Shown here: one piece after another, positions 13,800 to 34,169 of the stretch
Layout of the letters: the number at the start of each line of letters is the position of its first letter
How positions within the stretch are numbered: position 1 is the first letter of the stretch
Program-made: the position numbers and the translations under genes
The notes under the pieces: generated by a model
Database searches by the model: none
Seen by the model: only the letters and a program-made list of their open reading frames with translations
Told to the model about the DNA's origin: nothing
Assembly: GCF_009914755.1 (NCBI RefSeq)
Contig: NC_060926.1
DNA from: the human T2T-CHM13v2.0 reference genome, Homo sapiens
DNA: 64,000 nt
Direction: 5' to 3' (one strand)

Positions 13800-15305
13800 A
13801 TTTCTTTTTCTTTTTTTCTTTAGTTTTTAAAATTTTACTTTAAGTTCTGGGATGCATGTGGAGAATGTGCAGGTTTGTTACACAGGTATACATGTGCCAT
13901 GGTGGTTTGCTGCACCTACCAACCTGTCTTCTAGGTTTTAAGCCCCACATGCCTTAGGTATTTCTCCTAATGCTCTCCCTCTTCTTGCCCCCCACCCCCT
14001 GACAGGCCCTGGTGTGTGATGTTCCCCTCCTTGTGTCCATGTGTTCTTATTGTTCAACTCACACTTATGATTGAGAAAATGCAGTACTTGGTTTTCTGTT
14101 CCTGTGTTAGTTTGCTGAGAATGATGGTTTCCAGCTTCGTCCATGTTCCTGCAAAGGACATGAACTCATTCTTTTTTGTGGCTGCATAATATTCCATGGT
14201 GTATATGTGCCACGTTTTCTTTATCCAGTCTATCATTGATGGACTTTTGGGTTGGCTTCAAGTCTTTGCTATTGTAAATAGTACTGCAATAAACATACAT
14301 GTGCATGTGTCTTTATAGTAGAATGATTTATAATCCTTTGGGTATATACCCAGTAATGGGATTGCTGAGTCAAATGGTATTTCTGGTTCTAGATCCTGCA
14401 GGAATCACCACACTGTCTTCCACAATGCTTGAACTAATTTACACTTCTACCAACAATGTAAAAGCATTCCTATTTCTCCACATCCTCTCCAGCATCTGTT
14501 GTTTCCTGACTTTTTAATAATCGCCATTCTAACCGGCGTGAGATAGTATCTCATTGTGGTTTTGACTTGCATTTCTCTAATGAGCAGTGATAATGAGCTT
14601 TTCTTCATATGTTTGTTGGCTGCATAAATGTCTTCTTTTGAGAAGTGTCTGTTCATATCCTTCACCCACTTTTTGATGGGGATGTTTGTTTTTTTCTTAT
14701 AAATTTGTTTAAGTTCCTTGTAGATTTTGGATATTAGACCTTTGCCAGGTGGATAGATTGCAAAAATTTTCTCCCATTCTGTAGGTTGCCTGTTCACACT
14801 GATGATAGTTTCTTTTGCTGTGCAGAAGCTCTCTAGTTTAATTAGACCCCATTTGTCAATTTTGGCTTTTGTTGCAATTGCTTTTGGTGTTTTAGTCATG
14901 AAGTCTTTGCCCATGCCTATGTCCTGAATGGTATTGCCTAGGTTTTCTGCTAGGGTGTTTGTGGTTTTGAGTTTTACATTTAAGTCTTTAATCCATCTTG
15001 AGTTAATTTTTGTGCAAGATGTAAGGAAGGGGTCCAGTTTCTGTTTTCTGCATAAAGGTAGCCAGTTTTCCCAGCACCGTTTATTAAACAGGGAATCCTT
15101 TCCCCATTGCTTGTTTTTGTCAGGTTTGTTGAAGATCAGATGGTTGTAGATGTGTGGTGTTATTTCTGAGGTCTCTGTTCTGTTCCATTTGTCTATATCT
15201 CTGTTTTGGTACCCGTACCATGCTGTGTTTGTTACTGTAGCCTTGTAGTATAGCTTGAAGTCAGGTAGCGTGATGCCTCCAACTTTGTTCTTTTTGCTTA
15301 GGATA
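13800..15305 (-). mobile_element. 5'-truncated L1PA7/8-like element (~1.5 kb) inserted in older L1M sequence
   Basis: ORF 14447-15313 is L1 ORF2 C-terminal region; L1PA 3' UTR and T-rich tail. Confidence 0.9.
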
Positions 15306-15514
15306 AAAAGCAAAAATTTTACACTTTTATGTGAAAATATGGATATTTATTCTGACAGAGTACAAGAGTGTTTTTAAGGTAAAAATGATAATCATAAAAT
15401 AAAATTTAATAAATATAATTAAGGCTTCTATTCATTAAGACTCCTTAATGTGAAAGGGCAAGATACAAATTGGTGGGTGATACTTGCAAATTATCAACTA
15501 ATAAAGGAATAGTA

Positions 15515-16200
15515 TCCAGCAATCCCATTACTAGGTATTTATCCAGAGGAAAGGATGTCAGTTTGTCAAAGAAATATTGGCACCTCCATGTTTATTGTAG
15601 CAGTAATCACAATAGCCAAGACATGGAAGCAACCTAAGTGTCTTTCAACGGATGAATGGATAAAGAAAATGTGTGCACGTGCACACACACACACACACAC
15701 ATGCGAATACTATTCAGTCATAAAAAAGAATGAAATCCTGTTATTTGTGGCAATACAGAAGAACCTGGAGGACATTATGTTAATAAGCCAGACACAGAAA
15801 GACAAATATCGTATGAGCTCGCTCATATGTGGAATCCAGCATAGTTGATTTTATAGAATAGTGGAACAGAGGTTACTAGAGGCTGAGAAGGGTAGAGGGA
15901 AGTGGGGGTGATAAGGAGAGATTTGTTAAAAGATACAAAATTTCAGCTAGATGGGGGAATAAGTTCTAGTATTCTATAGCACTGTAGTGTTACTTTAGTT
16001 AACAATGACATATTATATATATTTTCCAAGTAACTAGAAGAGACGATACTGAATGTTCCCAACACAAATAAATGATAAATGTTTGGGATGACGTATGCTA
16101 AATACTCTGATCTGATCACTATACATTATATGTATTGAAACATGACTATGTTCTTCATAATTATGTACAGTTGTGCCAATTTAAAAAATAAATCTAAAAA
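15515..16200 (+). mobile_element. L1MA 3' fragment with internal (CA)n
   Basis: ORF2 C-terminal remnant (MFIVAVITIAKTWKQPKC) and L1MA-type 3' UTR. Confidence 0.75.
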
Positions 16201-16399
16201 ATGCATAGAGAAAAAGTATATAAAGAACTCCTGCAAATAAGTAAAGAAAAAGACAAGCCAATAGAAAAACAGGCACAAAATATCAATAGGTGTGTCACAG
16301 GCAAAGTAACACATATGGTTCAAGTATATATGAGGAGATGCTCAACTTCAATTGTATTTGGATAAATGTAAATCCAAACCACAGCAAAGTAACATTTTA

Positions 16400-16700
16400 A
16401 AAAGTTGTGGCAAAGTATAAATAATACTGTATAAAACTTACCACCTTGTGCATTTTAAAGTGCACAATTCAATGGCATTAAGTACATTCACAATGTTGTA
16501 CAATGAACACCACTATCTAGCTCCAGAACTTTTCATCATCCCAAGAGGAAACCCCATTACCAATTAAGCATGCACTCTCCATTCCAATTTTCCCCGAGCC
16601 CCTGGTAACCACTTACCTACTTCCTGTCTCTATACATTTGCCTGTTCTGGATATTTCATATAATGGAATCATACAGTATGTGGCCTTTTGTGTCTCGGTT
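16400..16700 (-). mobile_element. L1MB-type 3' fragment (appears to resume at ~33470-33600)
   Basis: caatggcattaagtacattcacaatgttgt...atggaatcatacagtatgtggcctttt. Confidence 0.65.
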
Positions 16701-17032
16701 CTATTTTATTTTATTTTATTTTATTTTATTTATTTTATTTTATTTTATTTTGGCTGAGTCTCACTCTGTGGCCCAGGTTGGAGTGCAGTGGTATGATCTC
16801 AGCTCGCTGAACCTCTGCCTCCCAGGTTCAAGCAGTTCTCGTGCCTCTGCCTCCTGAGTAGCTGGGACTACAGGCAGGGGCCACCATGCCCATATAATTT
16901 TTTTGTATTTTTAGTAGAGATGGGATTTCGCCATGTTGGCCAGGCTGGTCTCGAACTCCTGGCAGCAAGTGATCCACCTGCCTTGGCCTCCCAAGGTGCT
17001 GGGATTACAGGCATGAGTCACCGTGCCCAGCC
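16701..17032 (-). mobile_element. AluS with (TTTTA)n tail
   Basis: Antisense Alu dimer. Confidence 0.9.
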
Positions 17033-17552
17033 ATTTTTTTCCTAACAGGAGAAAAGCACACAAATTTATTTAATATAAATTTTAGATTACACAGGAACCT
17101 GCAGAAATAAAGACTTAAAGAAATAGGGAAAGTTGTGTATTTTTCAGGACGGTTTGGCTGCAGAGGTATGATTGGATGACAGATGGATGTCATCTAATGG
17201 TAGTAAACTGGGGGAACTTAGCAAAACCTATTTGTTGAGATTCTTCTTGGTGCCACTGTGTCTCGAGAACATTTCTTTCCTTTGGGTATAAGGAGAAGCC
17301 GTTTATCTGGAGTGAGGATCTCATGACCTACTTTCAGGGGAAGGTCAGCTAGGTTTTGAAAGAAAGAGAGAGAGAAAGAGAGAGAGGGGTGTCATCACTC
17401 TCTCGCTCTTTTTTTTCTTTAAAATTTTTTTTAAAAAAATTTTATTTCAATACTTTTAGGGTCAGGCGGTGTTTGGTTACATGAAAAACTTATTTAGTGG
17501 TGATTTCTGAGATTTTGGTGTACCCATCACTGAACTGTACCCAATATGTAGT

Positions 17553-17843
17553 ATTTTTTTTTTCATGGAGTCTTGCCCTGGTGCCCAGGCTGGAGGACAG
17601 TGGCGTGATCTCGGCTCACTGCAACCTCTGCCCTCTCCGCGGGTTCAAGTGATTCTTGCTCCTCAGCCTCCCGAGTAGCTGGGATTACAGCCACGCATCA
17701 CCACACCTAATTTTTGTATTTTTAGTAGAGACGGGGTTTCACCATGTTGGCCAGGCTGGTCTCTAACTCCTGGCCTCAAGTGATCCACCTGCCTTGGCCA
17801 CCCAAAGTGTTAAGATTAGAGGCGTGAGCCACTGCATCCAGTG
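17553..17843 (-). mobile_element. AluS nested in L1PB
   Basis: Antisense Alu; TSD-like caatatgtagt / caatgtgtagt. Confidence 0.9.
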
Positions 17844-19161
17844 TCAATGTGTAGTCTTTCATCCCTCACCCACCTCCCACCTTTCCCCCACAGTCCCTAA
17901 AGTCCATTATATCATTCTTATGCCTTTGTGACCTCATGGCTTAGCTCCCGCTTGTAAGTGAGAACATATGATACATGGTTTTCCATTCCCGAGTTACTTC
18001 ACTTAGAATAATGGTCTCCAGCTCCATCCAGGTTGCTGAGAATGCCATTATTTCATATAAATGAAATAATGGCTGAGTAGTATTCCATGGTATACATATG
18101 CCCCATTTTCTGGTATACAACCAACCCACTTGTTGGCTGATGGGCATTTAGGCTGGTTCTATATTTTTAGGCTGGTTATATTTTTTCAATTGTGAATTGT
18201 GTTGCTATAAACAAGTTTGTGCAAGTGTCTTTTTCATACAATGACTTCTTTTCCTCTTGGTAGACACCGACTAGTGGGATTGTTGGATCAAATGGTAGCT
18301 CTACTTTTAGTTCTTTAAGGAATCTCCCTACTGTTTTCCATAGCGGTTGTACTAGTTTATGTTCGCACCAGCAGTGTACAGGCGTTCCCTTTTCACCACA
18401 CCCATGCCAACATCGGTTATTTTTTGAGTTTTTAATTATGGCCATTCTTGCAGGAGTAAAGTGGTATCTCATCCCAGTTTTAATTTGCATTTTCCTGATA
18501 ATTAGTGATGTTGGGCATTTTTTCATATGTTTGCTGGTCATTTGTATGTCTTCCTTTAAGAATTATGTATTTGTGTCCTTTGCCCACATTTTAATGGGAT
18601 TATTTGTTTCCTTTCTTGCTGATTTGAGTTTCTTGTAGATTGTGGATATTAGTCCTTTGTCGGATGCACAGTTTGTGAATATTTTCTCCCACTCTGTGGG
18701 GTGTCTGTTTACTCTGCTGATTACTTCTTTTGCTGTGCAGAAGCTTTTTAGTTGACTTAGGTCCCATCTATTTCTCTTTATGTTGCATTTGCTATTCGGT
18801 TCTTGGTCATGACCTTTTTGCCTAAGCCAATGTCTAGAAGAGTTTTTCCGAAGTTATCTTCTAGAATTTTTATGGTTGCAGGTCTTAGGTTTGTCTTTGT
18901 TCCACCTTGAGTTGATTTTTGTATAAGGTGAGAAATGAGGATCCAGCTTCATTCTTCTACATGTGGCTTGCCAGTTATCCCAGCACCATTTGTTTAATAG
19001 GATGGCCTTTCCCCACTTTATGTTTTTGTTTGCTTTGTCGAAGATCAGTTGCCTGTAAATATCTGGCTTTATTTCTGGGTTCCCTATTTTGTTCCATTGG
19101 CCTATGTGCCTATTTTTCTTCTTTTTTTCTTTTTTTTTTTTTGAGATAGGGGTTCACTCTT

Positions 19162-25528
<6,367 letters not shown>

Positions 25529-26096
25529 AACCTGCCTATTTTTAATACTAGTACCATGCTATTTTGGTAACTATAAACTTGTACCATAGTTTGAAGTGGG
25601 GGTAATGTGATATCACCAGATTTGTTATTTTTGCTTAGTCTTTCTTTCGTTATGTGGTCTCCTTTTTGGTTCCATATGAATTTTAGGATTGTTCTTTCTA
25701 GTTCTGTGAAGAATGATGATGCTATTTTGATGGGAACTGCATTGAATTTGTAGATTGCTTTTGGCAGTATATTTATTTTTACAATATTGATTCTACTCAT
25801 CTGTAAGCATAGGACATGTTTCCATTTGTTTGTGTCATCTATGATTTCTTTTAGCAGTGTTTCATAGTCTTCCTTTCACCTCCTTGGTTAGGTATATTCC
25901 TAAGTATTTTATTTTTTTTGTTGCAGCTGTTGTAAAATGGGTTGAGTTCTTGATTTCTCAGCTTGGTCATTGTTGGTGTATAGCAGTGCTACTGATTTGC
26001 ATACATTAATTTTGTATCCGGAATCTTTACTGAATTCATTTATCAGATTTAGGAGCTTTTTGGATGAGTCTTTAGGGTTTTCTAGGTATATGATCA

Positions 26097-26409
26097 TTTT
26101 TATTTTTACTTTATTTTTATTTTTTGAGATGGAGTCTCATTCTGTCACCTAGCCTGGAGTGCAGTGGTGCAATCTCAGCTCACTGCAATCTGCGCCTCTT
26201 GAATTCAAGCAGATTCCTCTGCTTCAGCCTCCCAAGTAGCTGGGATTACAGGTGCCCACCATCATGCCTGGGTAGTTTTTGTATTTTTAGTAAAGATGGG
26301 GTTTTACCATGTTGGCCAGGCTGGTCTCAAACTCCTGACCTCAAGTGATTCATGTGCCTCGACCTCCCAAAGTGTTAGGATTACAGACGTGAGCCACTAT
26401 TCTCAGTCA
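26097..26409 (-). mobile_element. AluS nested in L1PB
   Basis: TSD aggtatatgatcat on both sides. Confidence 0.9.
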
Positions 26410-27092
26410 GGTATATGATCATATCATTAGCACACAGTGACAGTTTGGCTTCCACTACCGATTTGGGTGCCCTTTATTTCTTTCTTTTGTCTAATTGCTC
26501 TGTCTAAGACTTCCAGTACTATGTTGAATAGAAGTGGTGCAAGTGGACATCCTTGCCTTGTTCCAGTTCTCAGGGGGAATGCTTTCCATGTTTCTCCATT
26601 CAGTATAATGTTGGCTGTGGGTTTGTCATAGATGGCTTTTATTACCTTGCGGTATGCTGATTTTGCTGAGGGTTTTAATTATAAAGCAATGCTGGATTTT
26701 GTCAAATGCTTTTTATGTATCTATTGAGATGATCATATGATGTTTGTTTTTAATTCTGTTTATGTGATGTATCACATTTATTGACTTGTATATGTTAAAC
26801 CATTCCTGCATCCCTGGTATGAAACCCACTTGATTATGGTGGATTATCATTTTGATATTCGGCTAGCTAGTATTGGATTTGGTTAGCTAGTATTTGTTGG
26901 ATTCGGTTAGCTTGTATTTTGTTAAGGATTTTTGCGTCTATGTTCTTCAAGGATATTGGTCTGTAATGTTCTATTTTTTTGTTATGTCCTTTCCTGGTTT
27001 TGGTGTTCGGGTGATACTGCCTTCACAGAACGATTTAGGGAGGATTCCCTCTTTATCTTTTGGAACAGTTTAAGTAAGATTGGTATATTCTT

Positions 27093-27094
<2 letters not shown>

Positions 27095-27123
<29 letters not shown>

Positions 27124-29342
27124 TTTTTTATTGATCATTCTTGGGTGTTTCTCACAGAGGGGGATTTGGCAGGGTCATAGGACAATAGTGGAGGGAAGGT
27201 CAGCAGATAAACAAGTGAACAAAGGTCTCTGGTTTTCCTAGGCAGAGGACCCTGCGGCCTTCCGCAGTGTTTGTGTCCCTGGGTACTTGAGATTAGGGAG
27301 TGGTGACGACTCTTAACGAGCATGCTGCCTTCAAGCATCTGTTTAACAAAGCACATCTTGCACCGCCCTTAATCCATTTAACCCTGAGTGGACACAGCAC
27401 ATGTTTCAGAGAGCACAGGGTTGGGGGTAAGGTCACAGATCAACAGGATCCCAAGGCAGAAGAATTTTTCTTAGTGCAGAACAAAATGAAAAGTCTCCCA
27501 TGTCTACTTCTTTCTACACAGACACGGCAACCATCCGATTTCTCAATCTTTTCCCCACCTTTCCCCCCTTTCTATTCCACAAAACCGCCATTGTCATCAT
27601 GGCCCGTTCTCAATGAGCTGTTGGGCATACCTCCCAGACGGGGTGGTGGCCGGGCAGAGGGGCTCCTCACTTCCCAGTAGGCGCGGCCGGGCAGAGGCGC
27701 CCCTCGCCTCCCAGACGGGGCGGCTGGCCGGGCGGGGGGCTGACCCCCCACCTCCCTCCCGGACGGGGCGGCTGGCCGGGCAGAGGGGCTCCTCACTTCC
27801 CAGTAGGGGCGGCTGGGCAGAGGCGACCCTCACCTCCTGGATGGGGCAGCTGGCTGGGCGGGGGGCTGACCCCCCCACCTCCCTCCCGGATGGGGCGGCT
27901 GGCCGGGCGGGGGGCTGACCCCCCCCACCTCCCTCCCGGACGGGGCGGCTGGCCGGCCGGGGGGCTGACCCCCCCACCTCCCTCCCGGACGAGGCGGCTG
28001 GCCGGGCAGAGGGGCTCCTCACTTCCCAGTAGGGGCGGCCGGGCAGAGGCGCCCCTCACCTCCCGGACGGGGCAGCTGGCCGGCGGGGGGCTGACTCCCC
28101 CACCTCCCTCCCAGACCGGGCGGCTGGCTGGGCGGGGGGCTGACCCCCCCACCTCCCTCCCGGACGGGGCGGCTGGCCGGGCGGGGGCTGACCCCCCCCA
28201 CCTCCCTCCCGGAGGGGGTGGCTGCCGGGTGGAGACGCTCCTCACTTCCCAGACGGGGTGGCTGCCGGGCGGAGAGGCTCCTCACTTCTCAGACGGGGCG
28301 GCTGCTGGGCGGAGGGGCTCCTCACTTCTCAGACGGGGCGGTTGCCAGGCAGAGGGTCTCCTCACTTCTCAGACGGGGTGGCTGGGCAGAGACGCTCCTC
28401 ACCTCCCAGACGGGGTCGCGGCCGGGCAGAGGTGCTCCTCACTTCCCAGACGGGGTGGCGGGGCAGAGGCGCTCCCCACATCTCAGACGATGGGCGGCCG
28501 GGCAGAGACGCTCCTCACTTCCCAGATGGGATGGCTGCCGGGAAGAGGCGCTCCTCACTTCCTAGATGGGATGGCGGCCGGACGGAGACGCTCCTCACTT
28601 CCCAGACTGGGCAGCCAGGCAGAGGGTCTCCTCACGTCCCAGACGATGGGCGGCCAGGCAGAGACGCTCCTCACTTCCCAGACGGGGTGGTGGCCGGGCA
28701 GAGGATGCAATCTCGGCACTTTGGGAGGCCAAGGCAGGCGGCTGGGAGGTGGAGGTTGTAGCGAGCCGAGATCACGCCACCGCACTCCAGCCGGGGCACC
28801 ATTGAGCACTGAGTGAACGAGACTCCGTCTGCAATCCCGGCACCTCGGGAGGCCCAGGCTGGCGGATCACTCGCGGTTAGGAGCTGGAGACCGGCCATGC
28901 CAACACAGCGAAACCCCGTCTCCACCAAAAAAAATACGAAAACCAGTCAGGCGTGGCAGCGCGTGCCTGCAATCGCAGGCACTCGGCAGGCTGAGGCAGG
29001 AGAATCAGGCAGGGAGGTTGCAGTGAGCCGAGATGGCAGCAGTACAGTCCAGCTTCGGCTCGGCATGAGAGGGAGACCGTGGAAACAGAGGGAGAGGGAG
29101 ACCGTGGGGAGACGGGAGAGGGAGAGGGAGAGGGAGAGCTGGATTTCAAAGCTTCATCCATGCTGAGCTGCAAGGGGAATGGACAGAACTGGAAACTGGG
29201 GCAGACTGGAGTTGCCAGCCTAGGCTGGGCTGTGAGCTCCATGGAGCAGATGCCGGGCCATCCTGCCCCGGCTCTAAGCCCAGCCCCAGGCCAGGGCCAG
29301 CACCTGGTAGGCTCTTCATGAGTGCTTCCTGAATGAATGCTC
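27095..29342 (-). mobile_element. SVA (D-like) with 204-bp 5' transduction (29139-29342)
   Basis: (TTTA)n tail, SINE-R, GC-rich VNTR, Alu-like domain, (CCCTCT)n ending at 29138; TSD ggtatattctttt at 27082-27094 and 29343-29355. Confidence 0.95.
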
Positions 29343-30611
29343 GGTATATTCTTTTTGAATGCCTGAGAGAATTCAGCTGTGAATCCATCTGCTCTTGGAC
29401 ATTTTTTTTGTTGGCAATTTTAAAAATTACTGTTTTAATCTTGCTGCTTGTTATTGGTCTGTTCAGTTTCTATTTCTTCCTAGTTTAATCGAGGAGGGTT
29501 GTATATTTCCAGGAGTTTATCTGTCTCCTCTAGATTTTCTAGTGTGTGTGTGTAACGGCGTTCACAGTAGTCTTGAATGATCTTTTGTATTTCTGTGGTA
29601 TCAGTTGTAATATCTCCTGTTTCATTTCTAATTGAGCTTATTTGGATCTTTCTTTTCTTGGTTAACTTTGCTAATGGTCTATTAATTTTGTTTATCTTTT
29701 CAAAGAACCAGCTTTTTGTTTCATTTATCTTTTGTATTGTTTTTTGGTTTCAATTTCATTTAGTTCTGCTCTGATCTTTGTTATTTATTTTCTTCTGCTC
29801 GGTTTGGGTTTGGTTTGTTCTTGTTTTTCTAGTTTCTTGAAGTGTGACCTTAGATTATTTGTGCTCTTCAGTTTTTTTGATGTAGGCATTTAATGCTATG
29901 AACTTCCCTCCTAACCACCACTTTTACTGTATCCCAGAGGCTTTGGTAAGTTGTGTTCCTATTACCATTCAGTGAATTTCCAGTTTTATTCCACTGTGGT
30001 CTGAGAGGGTACTTGATATAATTTCAATTTGAAAAAATTTATTGATATTTGTTTTGTGGTCTATCATATGGTCTATCTTGGAGAATGTTCTACGTGCTGA
30101 TGAAAAGAGTGTATATTCTGCAGTTTTTGGGTAGAATGTTCTATAAATATCTGATAAGTCCATTTCTTTTAGGGTATAGCTTAAGTCCATTGTTTCTTTG
30201 TTGATTTTCTGTCTTGATGACCTGTCTAGTGCTGTTAGTGGAGTACTGAAGTCTCCACTATTATTATGTTGCCATCTATCTCATTTCTTATGTCTAGTGT
30301 AATTGTTTCATAAATTTGGGACCTCCCATGTTAGGTGCATATATATTTAGGATTGTGATATTTTCCTGTTGGACTGATTTTTTAAATCATTATATAATGT
30401 CCCTCTTTATCTTTTTAAACTGTTGTGGCTTTAAAATTTGTCTGATACAAGAATAACTACTCCTGCTCACTTTTGGTTTCCATTTGCAGGGAATATCTTT
30501 CTCCACCACTTTCTCTTAGATTTATGTGAGTCCTCATGTATCAGGTGAGTATCTTGAAGACAGCAGATAATTGTTTGGTGGATTTTTATCCATTCTGCCA
30601 TTCTGTAAAAA

Positions 30612-31256
30612 TTTTTTTTTAACTTGAAATGTTGTTATTTATGTATTGGCATATAATAGATTATTTAAAGCTGTTAAAATTATTTAAAATAGTTTTTTAA
30701 ATTATTATAATTTAAGTTCTAGGGTACATGTGCACAATGTGCAGGTTTGTTACATAGGTATACATGTGCCATGTTGGTGTGCTGCACCCATTAACTTGTC
30801 ATTTACATTAGGTATATCTCCTAATGCTATCCCTCCCCCATCCCCCTAACCGCACGACAGGCCCCGGTGTGTGATGTTCCCCGCCCTCTGTCCCAGTGTT
30901 CTCCTTGTTCAATTTCCACCTATGAGTGAGACCATGCGGTGTTTGGTTTTCTGTCCTTGCGATAGTTTGCTCAGAATGATGGTTTCCAGCTTCATCCATG
31001 TCCCTACAAAGGACATGAAATCATCCTTTTTTATGGCTGCATAGTATTCGATGGTATATATGTGCCACATTTTCTTAATCCAGTCTATCATTGATGGGCA
31101 TTTGGGTTGGTTCCAAGTCTTTGCTGTTGTGAATAGTGCCGCAATAAACATACGTGTGCATGTGTCTTTATAGCAGCATGATTTATAATCCTTGGGTATA
31201 TACCCAGTAATGGGATGGCTGGGTCAAATGGTATTTCTAGTTCTGGATCCTTGAGA
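30612..31256 (-). mobile_element. 5'-truncated L1PA5-like fragment with ~72-bp 3' transduction
   Basis: ORF2 C-terminus and 3' UTR at 30693-31256; TSD cattctgtaaa(aa)tttt at 30599 and 31257. Confidence 0.85.
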
Positions 31257-31970
31257 CATTCTGTAAATTTTAAGTGGAGCATTTCGGCCATTTACATTCA
31301 ACATTAGTACTGAGATGTGAGGTGCTGTTTTACTCATAGTGCTAGTTGTTGACTAAATACCTTGTTTTTTTTTTTCCATTGTGTTATTGGTTTATAGGCC
31401 CTGTGAGATTTATGCTTAAGGAGTTTCTATTTTGGTATATTTCAAGGTTTTGTTTCAAGATTTAGAACTCCTTTTAGCAATTCTTGTAGTGCTGGCTTGG
31501 TAGTGGTGAATTCTCTTGGCATTTTTTTTTGTCTAAAAAATACTTTATTTTTCCTTCATTTATGAAGCTTTGTTTTGCTAGATACAAAATGCTTGGCTGG
31601 CAATTATTTTATCTGAGGAGGCTAAAGATAAACCCAGTCCCTTCTGGCTTGTAAGGTTTCTGCTGAAAAATCTGTTGTTAACCTGATAGGTTTTCCTTTA
31701 TAGGTTACCTGATGCTTTTGCCTCACAGTTCTTAAGATTCTTTCCTTTGTCTTGACTTTAGATAACCTGATGACTATGTGCCTGGGTGATGATCTTTTTC
31801 TGATGAATTTCCCAGATGTTCTTAGAGTTTCTTGTATTTGGATGTCTAGATCTCTAGTGAGGCCAGGGAAGTTTTCCTTGATTATTCCCTCAAACATGTT
31901 TTCCAAACTCTTAGATTTCTCTTCTTCCTCAGGAACACCAATTATTCTTAGATTTGGCTGTTTAACGTAG

Positions 31971-32293
<323 letters not shown>

Positions 32294-34169
32294 TGTTTAT
32301 TTTTTTAAAATATTCTTTTTTCTTTGTCCTTGTCTGATTGGGTTAATTTAAAAGAGTTGTCTTTGAGCTCTGAAGTTCTTCTTCTACTTGTTTGATTCTG
32401 TTGTTGAAACTTTTAAGTGCATTTTGTGTTTCTCTAAATGTGTCTTTCATTTTCAGATGTTGTGATAGTTTTTTCTTTATGATATCTATTTCTCTGGAGC
32501 GTTTTTCATCCATACTCTGTATTGTTTTTTAAAATTTCTTTCTCTGGTATCTTTTCGAGAAGCCGAATAATCACCCTTCTGAAATTTTAATCTGGCAATT
32601 CAGAGATTTCTTCTTGGTTTGGATCCATTGCTGGGAGCTAGTGTGGTCTTTTGGGGGTGTTATAGAAACTTGTTTTGTCATAATACCAGAATTACTTTTC
32701 TGATTCTTGCTCATTTGGGTAGACTATTTCAGTGGAACAATCTGAAACTCAAGGGCTGCTGCTCAGATTCTTTTGACTTATGGGGTGATCCCTTGATGTG
32801 GTACACTCCTCCTTTCCCTAAAGATGGGGCTCTGGCGAGCCAGTCTGCAGACTGATTGTTATTGCTCTTCTGGGTCTAGCCACCCAGTGGTGCTACCAGA
32901 CTCTAGGCTGGTGCTGGAGAATGTCTGTGAAGATTCCTGTGTTGCAATTCGTCTTTAGGTCTCCCAGTTGTGGATACCAGCACCTGTTCTGGTAGAGATG
33001 GTAGGGGAGTGACGTAGACTCTGTGAGAGTCCTTGGTTGTAGATATGTTTAGAGTGCCTGCTTTCTCAAATGCTGGTTATGCCAGCAGTGAAGCTGTCAC
33101 GTGGACAGATTCAGAACCACTGGTTAGCCAGGATGTTGCAGGCAGTGGAATTAGCTGTTATTTTCTCCTTCCTTGGAACAGGGTTGTTCTGTCATGAGTT
33201 GCTGTAATGTCCTGAGTTGGTTGGCCTCTAGCTGGGAGGTGGTGTTTTTGAGATAGCACCAGAGTTTTTCACCTGTCTTGTGGAATTTGCAGGGGCCTGC
33301 CACTTATTTTAAAGGATCTGTGATTTGTTATGGTTTTCCTGATATGCTCCTGCAGTGGTTGCTGGAGCAAAAGTTCATGGTGTGAATCTGCCCACACTGT
33401 TCTCTCCATCCAAGTGGGAGCTGCACATCAGCCCTGTCTCCTAACCACCATCTTCCCTCTCTCACTTTTTTCTTTTTTATTGCTGAGTAATAGTCCATTG
33501 TATAGATATATCTCATTTGTTTATCCATTCATCAGATGATGGACATTTGGGCTGTTTCCACCTTTTGTCTATTGTGAATACTGCTGTTATAAATAAATAT
33601 TAGTGAGATAATACTTTACATCTATTTGACTGACAAAAATTAAGACAGACAATACCAAATACTGGAGAGATCTATTCAAGGGTATATTGCTGAGTAGAGT
33701 GTAAATTTGTTTAACCATTGGAAAATAACTTGGCATTATTTTGAAAAATGGAAAACTCATACTCTCTATGATCCAGCAATTTCATTCCCATGTATATATC
33801 CAAGAGAAACTTCAGCATATAGGCACCAGGAGACATATACGACAGTGTTAATAGTAGTATTGTTTCTAAGAGTGAAAACTTGAATCACTGAAGTGTGTAT
33901 CAATGGCCATTTCTTTAAGGAGTTCTGCTCTAAAGGGAAGGAAAGAAATGGTGCAGTAATGGAGGTTGAGAATTTTTTTTTTAAATGGGAGAAAAAATAG
34001 CACACTTGTATGCTGAGGCAGTACTTCAATGGAAAAGGAAAAAAAAATAGTAAGAATTTCTGGATAACCTGGTTTCTCAGACACTTAGCTTCCATTTATC
34101 TGCCAGTTCTGGAGGGTGCCGTATATACCTTCCAGTTTTAAGTTTTACCTATGTTCACTTGCCATTTTA

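Noticed and set aside
17035-17360. Probable LTR/MER-class fragment
   Set aside because: Looks repeat-derived but I cannot assign family or boundaries reliably
27620-28700. Regularly spaced ~35-50 bp repeats resembling a CRISPR array
   Set aside because: SVA VNTR: tandem units without unique spacers, in a primate genome with no cas genes
27572-29242. Many long ORFs (up to 308 aa) in both directions
   Set aside because: All are translations of the stop-poor SVA VNTR and Alu-like domain
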